The notes under the pieces were generated by a model that made no database searches, had not been told where the DNA came from, and worked only from the letters and a program-made list of their open reading frames with translations. From the human T2T-CHM13v2.0 reference genome, Homo sapiens: a stretch of DNA of 64,000 bases. Shown here piece by piece: positions 58,101 to 64,000 of the stretch. Every line of letters begins with the position of its first letter. Position 1 is the first letter of the stretch. The DNA is taken from assembly GCF_009914755.1 (NCBI RefSeq), contig NC_060939.1; one strand, given 5' to 3'. Position numbers and translations under genes: made by a program.

Positions 58101-61100
58101 TCTATTGCCTTCCATTCCATTCCATTCGATTACATTCCATGCGATTCCATTCGAAATCGAATCAATTACATTGCAATCCATTACAATTGAGTCCGTTTTA
58201 TTCCAGTCCACTGCATTCTGGTCCATTCCATTTGATTCCATTCCATTCTATTCCATTCCATACAGTTGCATTCCTTTGGATTCCATGCTATATATATAAA
58301 TTCAATTCGAGACCATTGCTTTTGAGTCCATTCTATATGATTCCATTCCATTCAAGTCCATTACATTTGGTTCAATTCCATTCCATTCCATTCCCTTCCA
58401 TTCCATTCCAGTTGATATCAATCCATTCGATTCCATTCCATTCGAGCACATTCCATTCGAGTCCATTCCATTCGATGCCATTCCATTTGATTCTATACCA
58501 TTAGTCTCCATTCAATTCCATTAATCTCCATTCCATTCCATTCTACTCCAACTGATTCCATTCCATTCTATTCCTTTCCATTCCATTTCATTCCATTCCA
58601 TTCCATTCCATTCCATTCCATTCCATTCGTGTCCATTCCACTCCAGTCCATTCCATTCGTGTCCATTCCATTCCAGTCCATTCCATTTGTGTCCACTGCA
58701 TTCCATTCCACTCCATTCCATATTATTCCATTACACTCCATTCCATTCTATTACTTTCATTTCCATTCAATTCCATTCCATTTGATTCCATTCCACTCGG
58801 ATTCATTCCATTTGAGTCCACTCCATTCCATTCCATTCCATTCAGTTCCATTACATTCCATTCCATTCGGTACCATTCCATATTGTTCCATTCGATTCCA
58901 TTCGAATCCATTCCATTCCAGTCCATTCCATTCGATTCCATTCCATTCATTTCAATTCCATTCCATTCCATTCCATTACATTCGACTTGATTCCTCTCCA
59001 TTCCCTTCCACTGCATTCCGTTCGATTCCATTCCATTGCATTGCATTCCATTCCATTGGATTGCATTCCATTCGATTCCATTCCATTCGAATCAATTACA
59101 TAGCAATCCATTACATTCGAGTCTATTCTATTCCGTTCCATTCGATTTTGTTCCAATCCATTCGATTCCATTCCATTCGATTCCATTCCATACTATTGCA
59201 TTCCATTCGATTACATTATATTCGAATAAGTTCCATTCAAGACCATTTCTTTTGAGTCCATTCTATTTGAGTCCATTCCCTTTGATTCCATAACATTTGA
59301 GTCCATTCAATTCCATTCCTTTCGTTTCCATTCCATTTGATGCCATTCCATTCAATTCTGTTCTACTCGACTCCAATACATTCAATTCCATTCCATCCGA
59401 TTCCATTACATTCTTTTCATTTCTTATCCATTTCAAGCCATTCCACTCCATTCTATTCCACTCGTTTCCTTTCCATTCGAGTCCATTCCTCTCCAGTCCA
59501 TTCCGTTCAATCCATTCCATTCCAGTCCATTCCATTCGAGTCCGTTCCATTCCAGTCCATTCCATTCGAGTCAATTCCATTCCATTCGATGTCTTTCCAT
59601 AACGATCCATTCCATTCTATTCCTTTCGATTCCATTCCATTCTATTTCATTCCATTCGATTCCCTTCCATTGGACTCCTTTCCATTCGAGTGCATTCCAT
59701 TCCGTTCCATTTCTTTCCGTTCTGTACGATTCCTACCGTTCGATTTCATTTTGTTCCAGTCCATTCCTTTCGCGTCCATTCCATTCCATTTCACTCCATT
59801 CGATTCCATTCCACTCGATTCCACTTCGTTCCATTTCATTGCATTCCATTCTATTCAACTCTATTGCCTTCCATTCCATTCCATTCGATTACATTCCATG
59901 CGATTCCATTCGAAATCGAATCAATTACATTGCAATCCATTACAATTGAGTCCGTTTTATTCCAGTCCACTGCATTCTGGTCCATTCCATTTGATTCCAT
60001 TCCATTCTATTCCATTCCATACAGTTGCATTCCTTTGGATTCCATGCTATATATATAAATTCAATTCGAGACCATTGCTTTTGAGTCCATTCTATATGAT
60101 TCCATTCCATTCAAGTCCATTACATTTGGTTCAATTCCATTCCATTCCATTCCCTTCCATTCCATTCCAGTTGATATCAATCCATTCGATTCCATTCCAT
60201 TCGAGCACATTCCATTCGAGTCCATTCCATTCGATGCCATTCCATTTGATTCTATTCCATTAGTCTCCATTCAATTCCATTAATCTCCATTCCATTCCAT
60301 TCTACTCCAACTGATTCCATTCCATTCTATTCCTTTCCATTCCATTTCATTCCATTCCATTCCATTTCATTCCATTCCATTCCATTCGTGTCCATTCCAC
60401 TCCAGTCCATTCCATTCGTGTCCATTCCATTCCAGTCCATTCCATTTGTGTCCACTGCATTCCATTCCACTCCATTCCATATTATTCCGTTACACTCCAT
60501 TCCATTCTATTACTTTCATTTCCATTCAATTCCATTCCATTTGATTCCATTCCACTCGGATTCATTCCATTTGAGTCCACTCCATTCCATTCCATTCCAT
60601 TCAGTTCCATTACATTCCATTCCATTCGGTACCATTCCATATTGTTCCATTCGATTCCATTCGAATCCATTCCATTCCAGTCCATTCCATTCGATTCCAT
60701 TCCATTCATTTCAATTCCATTCCATTCCATTCCATTACATTCGACTTGATTCCTCTCCATTCCCTTCCACTGCATTCCGTTCGATTCCATTCCATTGCAT
60801 TGCATTCCATTCCATTGGATTGCATTCCATTCGATTCCATTCCATTCGAATCAATTACATAGCAATCCATTACATTCGAGTCTATTCTATTCCGTTCCAT
60901 TCGATTTTGTTCCAATCCATTCGATTCCATTCCATTCGATTCCATTCCATACTATTGCATTCCATTCGATTACATTATATTCGAATAAGTTCCATTCAAG
61001 ACCATTTCTTTTGAGTCCATTCTATTTGAGTCCATTCCCTTTGATTCCATAACATTTGAGTCCATTCAATTCCATTCCTTTCGTTTCCATTCCATTTGAT

Positions 61101-62000
61101 GCCATTCCATTCAATTCTGTTCTACTCGACTCCAATACATTCAATTCCATTCCATCCGATTCCATTACATTCTTTTCATTTCTTATCCATTTCAAGCCAT
61201 TCCACTCCATTCCATTCCACTCGTTTCCTTTCCATTCGAGTCCATTCCTCTCCAGTCCATTCCGTTCAATCCATTCCATTCCAGTCCATTCCATTCGAGT
61301 CCGTTCCATTCCAGTCCATTCCATTCGAGTCAATTCCATTCCATTCGATGTCTTTCCATAACGATCCATTCCATTCTATTCCTTTCGATTCCATTCCATT
61401 CTATTTCATTCCATTCGATTCCCTTCCATTGGACTCCTTTCCATTCGAGTGCATTCCATTCCGTTCCATTTCTTTCCGTTCTGTACGATTCCTACCGTTC
61501 GATTTCATTTTGTTCCAGTCCATTCCTTTCGCGTCCATTCCATTCCATTTCGCTCCATTCGATTCCATTCCACTCGATTCCACTTCGTCCCATTTCATTG
61601 CATTCCATTCTATTCAACTCTATTGCCTTCCATTCCATTGCATTCGATTACATTCCATGCGATTCCATTCGAAATCGAATCAATTACATTGCAGTCCATT
61701 ACAATTGAGTCCGTTTTATTCCAGTCCACTGCATTCTGGTCCATTCCATTTGATTCCATTCCATTCTATTCCATTCCATACAGTTGCATTCCTTTGGATT
61801 CCATGCTATATATATAAATTCAATTCGAGACCATTGCTTTTGAGTCCATTCTATATGATTCCATTCCATTCAAGTCCATTACATTTGGTTCAATTCCATT
61901 CCATTCCATTCCCTTCCATTCCATTCCAGTTGATATCAATCCATTCGATTCCATTCCATTCGAGCACATTCCATTCGAGTCCATTCCATTCGATGCCATT
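51740..62000 (+). repeat. Distal sub-lineage of the 1.8-kb unit (end of U29 to U35)
   Basis: Shared private variants TTACAATTGAG, GCATTCCTTTGG and CTATATATATAAA, plus a recurrent 35-bp deletion upstream of the KpnI site. Confidence 0.88.
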
Positions 62001-64000
62001 CCATTTGATTCTATTCCATTAGTCTCCATTCAATTCCATTAATCTCCATTCCATTCCATTCTACTCCAACTGATTCCATTCCATTCTATTCCTTTCCATT
62101 CCATTTCATTCCATTCCATTCCATTTCATTCCATTCCATTCCATTTCATTCCATTCCATTCCATTCGTGTCCATTCCACTCCAGTCCATTCCATTCGTGT
62201 CCATTCCATTCTAGTCCATTCCATTTGTGTCCACTGCATTCCATTCCACTCCATTCCATATTATTCCATTACACTCCATTCCATTCTATTACTTTCATTT
62301 CCATTCAATTCCATTCCATTTGATTCCATTCCACTCGGTTTCATTCCATTTGAGTCCACTCCATTCCATTCCATTCCATTCCATTCAGATCCATTCCATT
62401 CTGTTCCATTCCAATCCATTCCATTCGGTACCATTCCATAGTGTTCCATTCGATTCCATTCGAATCCATTCCATTCCAGTCCTTTCCATTCGATTCCATT
62501 CCATTCATTTCAATTCCATTCCATTCCATTCCATTCCATTCCACTTGATTCCTCTCCATTCCCTTCCACTGCATTCCGTTCGATTCCATTCCATTGCATT
62601 GCATTCCATTCCATTGGATTGCATTCCATTCGATTCCATTCCATTCGAATCAATTACATAGCAATCCATTACATTCGAGTCTATTCTCTTCCGTTCCATT
62701 CGATTTCGTTCCAATCCATTCGATTCCATTCCATTCGATTCCATTCCATACTATTGCATTCCATTCGATTAAATTATATTCGAATAAGTTCCATTCAAGA
62801 CCATTTCTTTTGAGTCCATTCTATTTGAGTCCATTCCCTTTGATTCCATAACATTTGAGTCCATTCAATTCCATTCCTTTCGTTTCCATTCCATTTGATG
62901 CCATTCCATTCAATTCTGTTCTACTCGACTCCAATACATTCAATTCCATTCCATCCGATTCCATTACATTCTTTTCATTTCTTATCCATTTCAAGCCATT
63001 CCACTCCATTCCATTCCACTCGTTTCCTTTCCATTCGAGTCCATTCCTCTCCAGTCCATTCCGTTCAATCCATTCCATTCCAGTCCATTCCATTCGAGTC
63101 CGTTCCATTCCAGTCCATTCCATTCGAGTCAATTCCATTCCATTCGATGTCTTTCCATAACGATCCATTCCATTCTATTCCTTTCGATTCCATTCCATTC
63201 TATTTCATTCCATTCGATTCCCTTCCATTGGACTCCTTTCCATTCGAGTGCATTCCATTCCGTTCCATTTCTTTCCGTTCTGTACGATTCCTACCGTTCG
63301 ATTTCATTTTGTTCCAGTCCATTCCTTTCGCGTCCATTCCATTCCATTTCACTCCATTCGATTCCATTCCACTCGATTCCACTTTGTTCCATTTCATTGC
63401 ATTCCATTCTATTCAACTCTATTGCCTTCCATTCCATTCCATTCGATTACATTCCATGCGATTCCATTCGAAATCGAATCAATTACATTGCAATCCATTA
63501 CTATTGAGTCCATTTTATTCCAGTCCACTGCATTCTGGTCCATTCCATTTGATTCCATTCCATTCTATTCCATTCCATACAGTTGCATTCCATTGGATTC
63601 CATGCTATATCTATAAATTCAATTCGAGACCATTGCTTTTGAGTCCATTCTATATGATTCCATTCCATTCAAGTCCATTACATTTGGTTCAATTCCATTC
63701 CATTCCATTCCCTTCCATTCCATTCCAGTTGATATCAATCCATTCGATTCCATTCCATTCGAGCACATTCCATTCGAGTCCATTCCATTCGATGCCATTC
63801 CATTTGATTCTATTCCATTAGTCTCCATTCAATTCCATTAATCTCCATTCCATTCCATTCTACTCCAACTGATTCCATTCCATTCTATTCCTTTCCATTC
63901 CATTTCATTCCATTCCATTCCATTTCATTCCATTCCATTCCATTCGTGTCCATTCCACTCCAGTCCATTCCATTCGTGTCCATTCCATTCCAGTCCATTC

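Larger units (their letters stand above)
1..64000 (+). repeat. Human Satellite 3 (HSat3) array of diverged CATTC pentamers, C-rich strand on +
   Basis: The entire window is CATTC and single-base variants (CATTT, CGATT, CAGTC, GAGTC, CACTC). Long CATTCCATTC runs dominate and the HSat2-type CATTCGATTC...GATGAT pattern is not the main motif. No strand switch was seen. Confidence 0.98.
1..64000 (+). repeat. D15Z1: Probable D15Z1 / HSat3A5 array of the chromosome 15 short arm (1.8-kb KpnI satellite III family)
   Basis: A ~1.8 kb HSat3 unit with a single KpnI site matches the established description of D15Z1. This is not confirmed by alignment, and related sequence can occur on other acrocentrics. 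Confidence 0.75.

Noticed and set aside
1-64000. CRISPR-like or other repeat-spacer array
   Set aside because: There are no unique spacers. The varied segments between CATTC runs repeat identically every 1.8 kb, and no cas-like ORF exists.
1-64000. Embedded transposon (Alu, L1), inversion or unique-sequence island
   Set aside because: Unit spacing never departs from 1729-1809 bp. No poly-A, non-satellite stretch or GGAAT-oriented segment was seen on the + strand.
1-64000. HSat2 (chr1 ~1.77 kb unit), DYZ1 (~3.56 kb unit) or alpha satellite
   Set aside because: It lacks the HSat2 ATGATG-containing pattern and any 171-bp monomer. The basic period is 1794 bp, and the 3.55-kb period is only a local dimer of near-identical units.

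Overview
The whole 64 kb window is one uninterrupted, single-orientation array of diverged (CATTC)n/(GGAAT)n pentamer satellite, i.e. Human Satellite 3 (HSat3). It is organised as about 35.7 tandem copies of a highly homogeneous unit with a modal length of 1794 bp, each with one EcoRV site and, in all but one complete copy, one KpnI site. A 1.8 kb KpnI unit is what is known for the chromosome 15 short-arm D15Z1 (HSat3A5) array; that assignment is an inference and was not checked by alignment. No genes, RNA genes, transposons, inversions or CRISPR arrays are supported. All ORFs in the track are translation artefacts of the pentamer. I found no new gene-based system. The interesting content is the layered architecture. 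I number units U1-U36 from a common anchor at 358, 2152, 3946 and so on. The layers are: 5 bp monomer; an ancient internal duplication at 829 bp offset; the 1794 bp unit; local 1-, 2-, 3-, 5- and 6-unit duplications; a 7-unit haplotype block repeated about 34.0 kb away; a distinct distal sub-lineage (about 51.7-62 kb); and chimeric units suggesting gene conversion or unequal crossover. All comparisons were made by eye.
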